A stretch of 64,000 bases of DNA from an uncultured bacterium (GCA_964410945.1 CAYPJE010000007.1:28733-92732); one strand, 5' to 3'. Shown: positions 53,743-63,971, numbered from the stretch's first letter. The notes: generated by a model not told the origin, from the letters alone. A program made the numbers and translations.

Positions 53743-54275
53743 TCCTGAAATTCGGTAATTATTGTCTCCGGCCATGGATAATTGCTGATGTCCACGCTGT
53801 TACCCGGTACGCCAACAATCGTAAAATCTGGCTCAATCTGCGGGATGGGTTTCCCAACCCCTATGCTGAGAAAGATGCCCGTGAATTCATCGAACGGGCT
53901 ATGAAACTTGAGCTGCCAACCCTGTTTGCCATCGCTAATTCGAAAGAGGCTATTGGTAGCATCGGACTGATGCTCAAGACCGATATTCACCGCCATACGG
54001 CGGAACTTGGCTACTGGCTTGGCGAACCGTTCTGGGGGCAGGGAATCACCACCGAAGCGGTGAAGACAATCTCGGCCTTTGCATTTGAAAAATTCAACCT
54101 GGTTCGAATCCATGCCGAACCGTTTGTCACCAATCAGCCCTCGATCAGGGTGCTGGAGAAAGCCGGATACAAATATGAAGGACGAACGGAGGTCAGTGCT
54201 TTCAAGGATGGGAAATTACTGGACCAGGTAATCTATGCCAGGACAAGGAAAGTTAAAAATGAAGAATTACAGTAA
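53739..54275 (+). CDS. GNAT-family N-acetyltransferase (RimJ/RimL-like)
   Basis: LGYWLGEPFWGQGITTEA acetyl-CoA-binding motif. ATGA overlap with the transporter. Confidence 0.85.
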   Translation: MILKFGNYCLRPWIIADVHAVTRYANNRKIWLNLRDGFPNPYAEKDAREFIERAMKLELPTLFAIANSKEAIGSIGLMLKTDIHRHTAELGYWLGEPFWGQGITTEAVKTISAFAFEKFNLVRIHAEPFVTNQPSIRVLEKAGYKYEGRTEVSAFKDGKLLDQVIYARTRKVKNEELQ

Positions 54276-55410
54276 CCCGGCCCGGGTTTTGGCCAGATTG
54301 ACGGAAAAAGAATCACTGCGGGTGATCGGCTTGATGTCCGGTACTTCCATGGATGGCCTGGATATCTGCCTGGCCCAGGTAAGCCTGGAAAATGAAAATC
54401 TGGGCTATGAGATTGAAAATTTCACCTCGATCTCATTTCCCGAAAACCTTCGTGATCAGATCCGGGTATCGCTGACCGGTACAACCCAGGATGTTTGTGC
54501 CCTGAATTACGATCTGGGTCGCTGGTATGCCGATACGGTTTACAATTACCTGATGGAAAACGGGATTGAATTTCCTGATCTTGTTGGGAGCCACGGACAG
54601 ACAATCCATCATGTGAGCGGCCACTCGACCCTGCAGATCGGGGAACCATCTTATCTGGCTCAGAAACTTGGTGTGCCGGTTATCTCCGATTTCCGGGCCG
54701 CCGATGTGGCTGCCGGCGGCACGGGAGCCCCACTGATACCGCGAATCGATGAATGGCTGTTCCGGGATTCCAGTCGGGCACGGATAGCACTGAATATCGG
54801 TGGTGTGGCCAATGTGACGTTGATACCACCGGCAGGGGAAGGAACCGTAATCGGCTTCGATACCGGTCCCGGCATGGCCCTGCTGGATGAAACATTCCGG
54901 TCGGCACGAGGTGGAGGTTACGATCCTGGTGGTAAAATGGCGCTTACGGGGGTTATTGATACAGTCCTGGTGGAAGAATGGATCAATGATGATTTTATTA
55001 CCGCATTGCCGCCAAAATCGACGGGCCGGGACCAATACGGCCTGGAATGGTTGAATTCCCACCGCGCTGAATTATTGTCGTTGGAAATTAATGACCGCCT
55101 GGCCACCCTGGCAGCTTTCACAGCCGACAGCATATATGCGAATTGCCGTTCATTCCTGGAACAATATTCAGCCGATTACCTGATCGTTGGTGGCGGCGGT
55201 GTCCATCATGGCTTGATAATGGAGCGCCTGTCGGAATCGTTGGCACCGTCTCGGGTGGTTACCAGCGAGCATTTTGGTCTCGATCCCGACGCCAAGGAAG
55301 CCTTGGGATTTGCCATTCTGGCGGTGGCCAATGTGAGGGGTGTCCATGGCAATTTACCTACCGTTACCGGCGCCGACCGTCCTGTTATACTGGGTAAGCT
55401 TAGCCTCTGA
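54259..55410 (+). CDS. anmK: anhydro-N-acetylmuramic acid kinase
   Basis: GLMSGTSMDGLD N-terminal hallmark, SHGQTIHH and DFRAADVAAGGTGAPL. An alternative ATG lies at 54235. Confidence 0.9.
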   Translation: MKNYSNPARVLARLTEKESLRVIGLMSGTSMDGLDICLAQVSLENENLGYEIENFTSISFPENLRDQIRVSLTGTTQDVCALNYDLGRWYADTVYNYLMENGIEFPDLVGSHGQTIHHVSGHSTLQIGEPSYLAQKLGVPVISDFRAADVAAGGTGAPLIPRIDEWLFRDSSRARIALNIGGVANVTLIPPAGEGTVIGFDTGPGMALLDETFRSARGGGYDPGGKMALTGVIDTVLVEEWINDDFITALPPKSTGRDQYGLEWLNSHRAELLSLEINDRLATLAAFTADSIYANCRSFLEQYSADYLIVGGGGVHHGLIMERLSESLAPSRVVTSEHFGLDPDAKEALGFAILAVANVRGVHGNLPTVTGADRPVILGKLSL

Positions 55411-55413
55411 TCA

Positions 55414-56202
55414 ATGATTGATCGCTGGAAATTAATACTTTCTACAATGCTGGTGGTGGCTGGTTTATCCTGTGTTAAACCTGATCCACCCAATCATGTG
55501 CTCCATCATGGAGGTATAATCCGCGGCGATACTACAAAACCTGAACTGGCTCTGGTATTTACCGGTGGTGATTATGCCGATGGTGGTATGTATATCGCCG
55601 ATGAGCTTGAAAAATACTCCGTAAAGGCCGGTTTTTTCTTCACCGGTGATTTCTATCGCGATCCGGCAAATACAGAGGTTATCAGGCGATTAATCGATGA
55701 TAAGCACTACCTGGGACCTCATTCGGACCGGCATCTGCTGTACTGCAGCTGGGAAAACCGCGATTCCCTGTTAGTTAGCCGGGAGGAATTCGTAGCTGAC
55801 ATGCAGGCCAATTATGAGTTGATGTCACAGTTCGGGATCGAACCGGGTTCGGCTCCTTATTTCATTCCGCCCTATGAATGGTATAATGATTCCATTGCGG
55901 CCTGGGCCCGGGAGGAAGGCTGGGTATTGATAAATAATACACCGGGTACTTTATCGCACGCCGATTACACGGTTCCAGCAATGAGCTACTACCGCAGCTC
56001 CCGGGATATCTGGGACAGTATTATTAATTTTGAACAGCAGGAACCAAACGGCTTGAATGGTTTCATGTTGTTGATCCATATCGGAACCCACCCTGACCGT
56101 ACAAATAAATTTTACCGGAGGTTGGGAGAAATGATTGAGTATCTGAAGGAAAACGGGTATTCCTTCAAACGCGTTGACCAATTACTGGAGGGCAAGCAGT
56201 GA
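55414..56202 (+). CDS. polysaccharide deacetylase-like (CE4/NodB-type) lipoprotein
   Basis: Lipobox-like VVAGLSC, plus FTGGDYADGG and LGPHSDRH blocks consistent with a divergent NodB fold. Confidence 0.65.
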   Translation: MIDRWKLILSTMLVVAGLSCVKPDPPNHVLHHGGIIRGDTTKPELALVFTGGDYADGGMYIADELEKYSVKAGFFFTGDFYRDPANTEVIRRLIDDKHYLGPHSDRHLLYCSWENRDSLLVSREEFVADMQANYELMSQFGIEPGSAPYFIPPYEWYNDSIAAWAREEGWVLINNTPGTLSHADYTVPAMSYYRSSRDIWDSIINFEQQEPNGLNGFMLLIHIGTHPDRTNKFYRRLGEMIEYLKENGYSFKRVDQLLEGKQ

Positions 56203-57980
56203 GACTGAAACATTTGATATTGTTACTGATATTTATCAGTGGACTGGCAGGGGCCAAACAGGATATCCATTTTCGAATAAATCAGGTGGGTTATCTTCCT
56301 TTCGAATCCAAGATTGCCATACTGTTTTCAGATAAGGCCTTGAAACGTGCCCGGGTTGAGCTGATCGATACCGAGTCTGGGAAGGTAGTCTGGGGACCTC
56401 AGCGCGTAGGTGTGAACCAGGGTTCCCATGGTGAATATGATTATCATTATCGAGTAGATTTCAGTGCTTTTGACCGTCCGGGAAGGTACCAACTGGTCAT
56501 CCGTAAAAAGGAGGTCGAATCCCTGGAATTCAGCATTGCTGAAAATATTTATTATGAGCCTCAGAATATTGCGTTGTCCTATATCCGCCAGCAGCGCTGC
56601 GGCTACAATCCGTTTTTCGATGAATATTGCCACCGGCAGGATGGAAAAACGATGTATGGTCCCATGCCGGACAGCACTTTTATCGATGTATCCGGTGGCT
56701 GGCACGATGCCGGTGATCACCTGCGTTACCTGATGACCTCCGGGAATACGGTCTGCCGTTTGCTGTTGGCCTACCGGGAGGCCAAGCTCAAGTTCCCCGA
56801 TAAAGTGGATGCGGTGGGTAAGCCTGGCAGCAACAACATCCCCGATATACTTGATGAAGCCAAATGGGGCCTGGAATGGATGCTTAAGATGCACCCGGAG
56901 CCGGATCAGTTGTTTCACCAGGTGGCCGATGACCGCGATCATATCGGATTCAAACTGCCCTTTGCCGATTCCGCCGACTATGGCTGGGGACCGGGGAGTT
57001 ACCGTGTGACTTATTTTGCCTCCGGGGAGCCCCAGGGCCTGGGTAAATACCAGAACACTTCCACCGGAATCGCCAATCTGGCGGGACGTTATGCCGCCGC
57101 CATGGCCATGGCCAATCAGATCTGGCGGGAACTTGGCGATTCAACCTTTGCGGAAACCTGCCTGCAGGCCGGAATAGAACTATACCGGATGGGATTGGAT
57201 CAGCCCGGTTGCCAGGAGGGAACACCCTGCCGGGCACCTTATCGCTATCATGAAGTGACCTGGGCCGATGATATGGAGTGGGGAGCGGCGGAAATGTACC
57301 GGGCCACTGGTGATGAAACTTATCTGGAAGAAGCTATCCGGTTTTCACGATTGGCGGGGACCGATCCCTGGATGGGCGCCGATACGGCCCGCCATTATGA
57401 ATATTATCCGTTCATGAATATGGGGCATTATGCCCTATTTGACCTGGTGGACGAACAATTGCAGGATACGTTAATCGGTTATTATCGGACCAGCATCGAA
57501 CGGGTGGCCGAGCGGGCTGGTAATTTCGTATATGGTACGGGACATCCATTTATCTGGTGTTCGAATAACCTTGCTTCAGCTTTTATAAATCAGTGTCTGC
57601 TGTACGAAAAAATTAGTGGTGACAAATCATATCGTGAACTGGCACTGGCGCACCGTGACTGGCTGCTGGGCCGTAATCCCTGGGGGGTAAGCCAGTTTGT
57701 GGGGATACCGTCCAGTGGCGGGGTGACACCGCTCTACCCGCATACGGCCGTGACCCTGGAATGGGATGTGCCGATCAATGGCGGATTGAACGATGGACCG
57801 GTATACGCTTCAATCTATGGCCGGCTGAAGGGGATACGGCTCTCACGGCCCGATCCCTATGCTGCATTCCAATCCGACCTGGTGGTATTCCACGATGATA
57901 TCTGGGATTATTCCACCAATGAACCCACCCTGGATGGGACAGCGGAAGCGCTGTTCTTTCTGATCCTAATGGCTAACTAA
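56199..57980 (+). CDS. glycoside hydrolase family 9 enzyme
   Basis: Signal peptide. DVSGGWHDAGDHLRY is the GH9 catalytic signature, and DDMEWGAAEMY and NEPTLDG are also GH9-like. Confidence 0.85.
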   Translation: MRLKHLILLLIFISGLAGAKQDIHFRINQVGYLPFESKIAILFSDKALKRARVELIDTESGKVVWGPQRVGVNQGSHGEYDYHYRVDFSAFDRPGRYQLVIRKKEVESLEFSIAENIYYEPQNIALSYIRQQRCGYNPFFDEYCHRQDGKTMYGPMPDSTFIDVSGGWHDAGDHLRYLMTSGNTVCRLLLAYREAKLKFPDKVDAVGKPGSNNIPDILDEAKWGLEWMLKMHPEPDQLFHQVADDRDHIGFKLPFADSADYGWGPGSYRVTYFASGEPQGLGKYQNTSTGIANLAGRYAAAMAMANQIWRELGDSTFAETCLQAGIELYRMGLDQPGCQEGTPCRAPYRYHEVTWADDMEWGAAEMYRATGDETYLEEAIRFSRLAGTDPWMGADTARHYEYYPFMNMGHYALFDLVDEQLQDTLIGYYRTSIERVAERAGNFVYGTGHPFIWCSNNLASAFINQCLLYEKISGDKSYRELALAHRDWLLGRNPWGVSQFVGIPSSGGVTPLYPHTAVTLEWDVPINGGLNDGPVYASIYGRLKGIRLSRPDPYAAFQSDLVVFHDDIWDYSTNEPTLDGTAEALFFLILMAN

Positions 57981-57992
57981 TCAGGTGAAAAG

Positions 57993-60587
57993 ATGAAAAA
58001 TAGAATTTTGCTTTCTGTGCTGTTTTTATTGGTAGCGGGCTGTATACCAACAGTAGTCAAGGACCAGAGTAATCCCTCCGGAGCGGATTTTGCCATTACC
58101 TGGCGGTTCTTGTACAATATCGATGGGGAAGATGAATTCCGTCAGGTCCTGACGATCAGGAACAACGGAGTAACGCCCCTTGGTTCCAACTGGACGCTGT
58201 ATTTCAATTTCATATACGGAATTGCACCGAACAGCGTATCGGAAACAATAGCGGTGACACGGATAAACGGGAATTATTACCGGATGAATCCAACAGCGTC
58301 TTTTCCGGGCATTGCCGCCGGTGAAGAAATTGAAGTCTGTTTCAATTCACACAGTGCTACGATCAATGCTGCCGCCATGCCGGCCGGCTTCTATTTTGTG
58401 TTCAATGATCAGGATGGGAATGCCAGTTCACCGCAGATTGTACAGGATGTGTCACTGGGAGCTCCGATCCTTCCGAAGCAGTCCCGGCGTGGCAGCCGGG
58501 ATGTTCTGGCGGTGCCTTCGGCCCAATCGCGGTACTATGAAAATCTGAATAATTATCAACCCGTCGATGGTCAGTTTCCGCGGTTGGTGCCGCAGCCGGT
58601 TGAAGTTAGGGTACGTGATGGAAATGCCGTAATAGATAAAACTACGGCGATTACTTGTGATGAAGAATTAAGTAATGAAGCAAGTTTCCTGGCTGATTTT
58701 CTGGCACTGTTAACTGGTGTACAACCGATAGTAATTAACAGTGGTGAGGGCAGCATGATCCGGTTGAAACTGGAACAATTCGAAGGTGGTTCCGAGGCCT
58801 ACCAGCTCAGCATCGATCCCGAAGATGGGATATCGATCAACGGCAATTCACCGGCCGGTGTGTTTTATGGTGTTCAAAGCTTGATCGCTGCAATGCCCGT
58901 TGGTATTTTTAAATCCGGGGCCGAGCGGATCGAAATTCCCGCCACGGTTATCAAAGATTATCCCCGGTTCGGTTATCGTGGAATCCATCTGGATGTGGCC
59001 CGGAATTTCCACTCCATGGAGACGGTGAAGAAATTTATCGACCTGATCGCCTTCTATAAATTGAACAAGCTGCACCTTCACCTTACCGACGATGAAGGCT
59101 GGCGGCTGGAGATCGAAGCCCTGCCGGAGCTGACTGAAGTTGGCGGGCGCCGGGGACATACTGTCAACGAACTCGACCGGTTAGTGCCCACTTTCGGAAC
59201 CTGGATCAAACCCGGCGTTGCTGATGGGTATTATTCCAGAGCCGATTATATCGAAATCCTGCGTTATGCCAACCGGCGCCATATTGAGGTCATACCTGAA
59301 TTCGATATGCCGGGACACGCCCATGCGGCCATTGCGGCTATGGAGGCCCGTTATCACAATTTAAAGGCAGCAGGTGATGTCAAAGCAGCAGAAGAATTTC
59401 GTCTTGTTGATCCTGCTGATGAATCGGATTACCGGTCGGTTCAGGGCTGGGATGACAATGTGATCGATGTGGCCCTGCCGTCCACTTATCGTTTTCTGGC
59501 TACGCTCTTTGATGAAGTGATTGCCATCTATCGTGAAGCCGGTGCACCCCTTAATATGATCCATATCGGCGGTGACGAGGTGGCGCGCGGCTCCTGGGAC
59601 GGATCGGCGGCTTGCAGGGAATTGATTGCGGACGATAACGATATTCATGACTTCCATGATCTGGCGCCCTATTTCATGGAGCGCGTGCACGGTATGCTGC
59701 AAGAACGCGGTTTAGGCCTGGCCGGCTGGGAGGAGATCGCCCTCAGAGAAGAATTAATTGACGACAAGAGGGTGAATTACCCCAACGAAAACCTGGTGGA
59801 TGAAAATGTCTATCCCTATGTCTGGAACAATGTCGCCGGCTGGGGCGGGGAAGACCTGGGTAACCGTCTGGCCAATGCCGGTTTTAAGGTGGTTCTGTCC
59901 AGTGCCACCAACCTGTATTTTGATCTGTCCTACGATAAGGATTACCGGGAGCCTGGTCTGTCGTGGGCCGGGTTTGTGAATACCCGCAAAACCTTTGAGT
60001 TTACGCCCCATAATATCTACAATTGCATCACCACCGACCGGATGGGCAATCCGGTGGACCTGGAGCAGTACGCCGACCGGGCCCGCTTGACGGAGGAGGG
60101 AAAGCAAAACATTGTTGGCATTCAGGGACAGTTGTGGAGCGAATTGCTGAACTCCACCGAGCGGCTGGAATACATGGCCTTTCCCAAGCTGATTGCCCTG
60201 GCGGAACGGGCCTGGTCCCAACAACCGGAATGGGCGGTCATCAATGATGTTGACCTGCGGACAGCCGGACTTGAAGCCGCTTGGAATGAATTCGCCTACT
60301 GGGTTGGCCGGCGGGAACTGCTGCGCCTGGATCATTTGTATGGCGGCGTCCAATACCGGATCCCGCCACCGGGAGCAGTGATCGAAGATGGTTTGTTAAA
60401 AGCCAACTGCCTCTACCCGGGACTGGAAATCAGATACACCACTGACGGGAGTGACCCTGATATGAATGCATCGATTTACAGTGCACCGGTTTCTGTAGAC
60501 GGTACTGTTGAAGGTACAATTAAGATACGAGCTTTTAATGGGATTGGAAGGAGTAGTTATACGACGGTAGTGGATGCGAAACACTAA
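57993..60587 (+). CDS. GH20 beta-N-acetylhexosaminidase lipoprotein
   Basis: Lipobox LVAGC. FGYRGIHLDVARNF, HLHLTDDEGWR and HIGGDEV (catalytic D-E pair). C-terminal IRYTTDGSDP chitobiase-type domain. Confidence 0.9.
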   Translation: MKNRILLSVLFLLVAGCIPTVVKDQSNPSGADFAITWRFLYNIDGEDEFRQVLTIRNNGVTPLGSNWTLYFNFIYGIAPNSVSETIAVTRINGNYYRMNPTASFPGIAAGEEIEVCFNSHSATINAAAMPAGFYFVFNDQDGNASSPQIVQDVSLGAPILPKQSRRGSRDVLAVPSAQSRYYENLNNYQPVDGQFPRLVPQPVEVRVRDGNAVIDKTTAITCDEELSNEASFLADFLALLTGVQPIVINSGEGSMIRLKLEQFEGGSEAYQLSIDPEDGISINGNSPAGVFYGVQSLIAAMPVGIFKSGAERIEIPATVIKDYPRFGYRGIHLDVARNFHSMETVKKFIDLIAFYKLNKLHLHLTDDEGWRLEIEALPELTEVGGRRGHTVNELDRLVPTFGTWIKPGVADGYYSRADYIEILRYANRRHIEVIPEFDMPGHAHAAIAAMEARYHNLKAAGDVKAAEEFRLVDPADESDYRSVQGWDDNVIDVALPSTYRFLATLFDEVIAIYREAGAPLNMIHIGGDEVARGSWDGSAACRELIADDNDIHDFHDLAPYFMERVHGMLQERGLGLAGWEEIALREELIDDKRVNYPNENLVDENVYPYVWNNVAGWGGEDLGNRLANAGFKVVLSSATNLYFDLSYDKDYREPGLSWAGFVNTRKTFEFTPHNIYNCITTDRMGNPVDLEQYADRARLTEEGKQNIVGIQGQLWSELLNSTERLEYMAFPKLIALAERAWSQQPEWAVINDVDLRTAGLEAAWNEFAYWVGRRELLRLDHLYGGVQYRIPPPGAVIEDGLLKANCLYPGLEIRYTTDGSDPDMNASIYSAPVSVDGTVEGTIKIRAFNGIGRSSYTTVVDAKH

Positions 60588-60688
60588 AAAATATCAAGTA
60601 AATATTTGAATTAGGAGAAATCATTATCAGATACTTGCTATTCATGCAGTTTTATTAATACCTTTGACATTATATGGGGGAAATAATA

Positions 60689-63475
60689 ATGAATAGAAAA
60701 CATTTAACTATTGTATTACTTACCTTTTTATTTGTTGGTGCAATCAGCGCTGCAGACATTGGTCCCAGAGGTAAAGGTATTCATGATGGTAATAAGATCA
60801 CTGCTGAATTCTGGAATTATGGCTCATTGTCCAACCCTGGTAATACAAATAATACCAATTTCCTTTGGAATGGACTCGGATATGGTTATGAGTTTGGATT
60901 GCTGGTAACAGCGGAAGTTAAAGTTCCTCCGCGTAGCCATCCGGATTCGCGTATTAAACTGGATGAGCTTGGTAATCCGGTGGTCGATACCAATGGGGAT
61001 ACGGTTTGGGTGGCCCGTATAATAAGTGATGGTCTCGTATCGTTAGGTGGTGAGACTTCACCAGATGGTCTTGAATTCTGGGGTTGGCAACCTGTTGCAG
61101 GATATTCCAACAATGGGTATTTATCGCAAAGTGATAAACCAAACACATGGTCGGAGGACTGGCAGTATTGGCCGGGAAGACACGGCGAAAACATCGTCTT
61201 GGCAGATCAGGAAAGCTACTTCCGATTCACTGACCAAAATAATAATGAGTTCAAGTATTATCCACAACCAGCTGACTCCAGTATCCAAGGATTAGGATTG
61301 GAAATATCATGCAGAATATATCAGATCAACGAACCATTACTTGAGGATTGTTTGATACTGACTTACAATATAACCAATATTGGTGTAGATTCTTTATTTG
61401 ACATTCAAGCTGGCTATTGGGGCGACCCACATATCGGTGGTCCGTCAGATTGGCCTGATGATCTGTCGTTTTTTAATTTAGAGGAAAACTTGGCCTACGC
61501 CTGGGATGCTGATGGAACAGGCGAAGGAGGTCTAGCAACGGGTATTTTTGGAATTAAGTATCTTGATACTCCGGATAATGTTGGATTGCAGTGTTTTTCG
61601 GCACCTAATTGGACTTCTGCAAACCGGCTATGCTATGATAATTATTTCTACACAAATTTTCTCCAACCAGGTATTTTCGATAGTACTAACTTTAAAGTTG
61701 CTGATGATAGAATGTTTACTATCGCAACCGGTATGTTCTCAATTGCCAGTGGCGAGACCAGGACCGTTGCTGCGGCTGTTGTTCTGGGAGCCGATTATGA
61801 TGACCTGATTCTAAACGGGACCAACGCTCAGAAATATTATAATAACCATATCAAAGCCTATCCGGCGATTCAGCATGAAATCAGTCTGGAAGTGCCGCAA
61901 TACAATGATGTCATTGCTGGCACATATTCAATTCAGTGGCATAGCAGCAGTATTTCAGACAATCCTCTACTGGCAGATTTATTTATAAATAACAATTCGG
62001 GCACAGGTTGGGAATTAATTGCTTCTGGTATTAATGATGAAGGTAGTTATTTGTGGAATACAAGCAGCTTTCCCGATGGCTACAATTATCAAATTCTACT
62101 GTATGCGTATGACGACTCGATATCGGGTGTCAGCGTTTCAGATTATTTTATTGTTAACAACGCCGATGTTGAGACAGATATTGAAGTATTACTTACTGAT
62201 CCCGTATCCAATTGGACAAATCCGATTTACTCGGGGGTTATCCCAATACAATGGCGGGCTGGTGATGCCGATGGAAATACAGTAGAAATCAGTATTCTGG
62301 TTAGTGGTAGTTCAGGCTGGGAGTATATTACCCAGAATGAAGTTAATGATGGATTATATAATCTTAATACGAGGTCGTTGGCAAATGGCAGCAGTTACCG
62401 GCTCAAATTAGAGGCTACTGATGGTGAGCAGATTATCGAATCCAATGTTGTGGAAGTATTTACAATCAATAATGAGTATTATACCATGCCCGATGATGCA
62501 GTCACTCATACAAAGGGTGCCGCAACCGGTACGGTAGAAGCAATTGTAATCGATCCGGATGTTATTACCGGACATACATATGAATTGAGCTTTAACGACA
62601 GTGGATCAGTGTCCTACAATATTATCGATTTGATGGATAGCAGTTTAGTTCTGGAAAATATAGCTATGATTTCTGAAGTTTTTGATGGCCCCTATTTTCA
62701 TGGGATGCGACTAAGATTAGCTAACCATGATTGTGATTTGAACGAAGAATTGACTGATTGGAGTTTAACCAGCCAATCCACTTGGGAAGGGATAGTAAAA
62801 CCTTTCAATAATATTGAGACTTATGCCTTCCCAGGAGATTATGAGATTCGATTCTACGATGAACTTGTAGACTCCAGCAGCCGGCCGAATTACGGGTATA
62901 TTAAAACTAACTTTGAAGTCTGGGATGTGACATCAGGACGTATTCCAACGAAAAAACCCATGTTTATCCTGGAAACGGCTAAGAATGACAGCCTGTTCAC
63001 ACCGGGTGATCGGGTTATTATTCTTGAAACGCTTGATCCGGTTCAATATACCTGGGAATTTACTTTCAACATTTCCACTAACAGTGATACAGTGGCACCA
63101 GGCGATGGGGATGTATTCCATATATTCACCGATCGACCATTTTCCGCAGATGATGTTTATTTGATTGATACCAAGGTATTGGGTATTGAGCGACCTGAAC
63201 CGGCTATACCTGATGAATACAGTTTATCCCAAAACTACCCCAATCCCTTCAATCCAGTAACTACCATCGAATATTCAATTGCGAATCCTGATCGTGTGAA
63301 ACTTGAGATATTTGATATTCTGGGTCGTCAAGTTGCAGAGCTTGTTGATTCAGACCAGAATGTTGGTACTTACAAGGTTTTTTGGAATGCCGGTGGTTTT
63401 GCCAGTGGAGTTTACTTCTACCGGATTTCGGCTGGAGAATTTGCAGAGGTCAGAAAGCTGGTAGTTTTAAAATGA
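60689..63475 (+). CDS. large secreted protein of unknown function with T9SS C-terminal sorting domain
   Basis: Signal peptide MNRKHLTIVLLTFLFVGAISA and a C-terminal YPNPFNPVTTIEY...GVYFYRI...KLVVLK. The body has no motif I recognise. The gene is visibly more AT-rich than the upstream operon. Confidence 0.75.
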   Translation: MNRKHLTIVLLTFLFVGAISAADIGPRGKGIHDGNKITAEFWNYGSLSNPGNTNNTNFLWNGLGYGYEFGLLVTAEVKVPPRSHPDSRIKLDELGNPVVDTNGDTVWVARIISDGLVSLGGETSPDGLEFWGWQPVAGYSNNGYLSQSDKPNTWSEDWQYWPGRHGENIVLADQESYFRFTDQNNNEFKYYPQPADSSIQGLGLEISCRIYQINEPLLEDCLILTYNITNIGVDSLFDIQAGYWGDPHIGGPSDWPDDLSFFNLEENLAYAWDADGTGEGGLATGIFGIKYLDTPDNVGLQCFSAPNWTSANRLCYDNYFYTNFLQPGIFDSTNFKVADDRMFTIATGMFSIASGETRTVAAAVVLGADYDDLILNGTNAQKYYNNHIKAYPAIQHEISLEVPQYNDVIAGTYSIQWHSSSISDNPLLADLFINNNSGTGWELIASGINDEGSYLWNTSSFPDGYNYQILLYAYDDSISGVSVSDYFIVNNADVETDIEVLLTDPVSNWTNPIYSGVIPIQWRAGDADGNTVEISILVSGSSGWEYITQNEVNDGLYNLNTRSLANGSSYRLKLEATDGEQIIESNVVEVFTINNEYYTMPDDAVTHTKGAATGTVEAIVIDPDVITGHTYELSFNDSGSVSYNIIDLMDSSLVLENIAMISEVFDGPYFHGMRLRLANHDCDLNEELTDWSLTSQSTWEGIVKPFNNIETYAFPGDYEIRFYDELVDSSSRPNYGYIKTNFEVWDVTSGRIPTKKPMFILETAKNDSLFTPGDRVIILETLDPVQYTWEFTFNISTNSDTVAPGDGDVFHIFTDRPFSADDVYLIDTKVLGIERPEPAIPDEYSLSQNYPNPFNPVTTIEYSIANPDRVKLEIFDILGRQVAELVDSDQNVGTYKVFWNAGGFASGVYFYRISAGEFAEVRKLVVLK

Positions 63476-63586
63476 CGGAGCACAGATAGTATAGTTTTTC
63501 TGGATGAATCAAGCGTTGTTCATAATTTGATATTTATCTTGTGATGCAGTACTTTCTTCCATTCATAATACAAATGGGAGGGTAAT

Positions 63587-63946
63587 ATGAAACGATTAAT
63601 CATTGCCACCATCGGTGGTATGGCCTGTGGACTTGTTTGTCTGATGATGGTAACCAGCGGGCCTGCCCCGGTTGCCGTTCCAATTTTCTGGCAGGTGTTT
63701 TTCAGCCGGACCTTGATCGGAGTGGCGATTGGCTTAAGTTGCCTTAAGTTGGGGCACTGGGCCATCCATGGGTTTGTTTTAGGACTGGTATTCAGCCTGC
63801 CGCTGGCTTTCAGCGGAATGATGGCGCCGGAAACAGTTGAGTACAGCCAGGGTGGGATGTTCTTTCTCACTGCTCTGATGGGCGGTATCTATGGCATCCT
63901 GATCGAAGTTTTAACATCGGTTTTGTTCAAGGCACGCGTGGAATAA
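63587..63946 (+). CDS. small integral membrane protein (4 predicted helices)
   Basis: ATG preceded by GGGAGGG. Strongly hydrophobic periodic sequence. Preferred over the overlapping minus-strand ORF. Confidence 0.55.
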   Translation: MKRLIIATIGGMACGLVCLMMVTSGPAPVAVPIFWQVFFSRTLIGVAIGLSCLKLGHWAIHGFVLGLVFSLPLAFSGMMAPETVEYSQGGMFFLTALMGGIYGILIEVLTSVLFKARVE

Positions 63947-63971
63947 TTCAAAGTCGGAAGGCGTGATAGAA

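Noticed and set aside
63520-63870. 116-aa minus-strand ORF overlapping the small membrane protein gene
   Set aside because: The plus-strand frame has a good Shine-Dalgarno (GGGAGGG), a coherent four-helix hydrophobic pattern and a downstream terminator hairpin. The minus-strand product has none of these.
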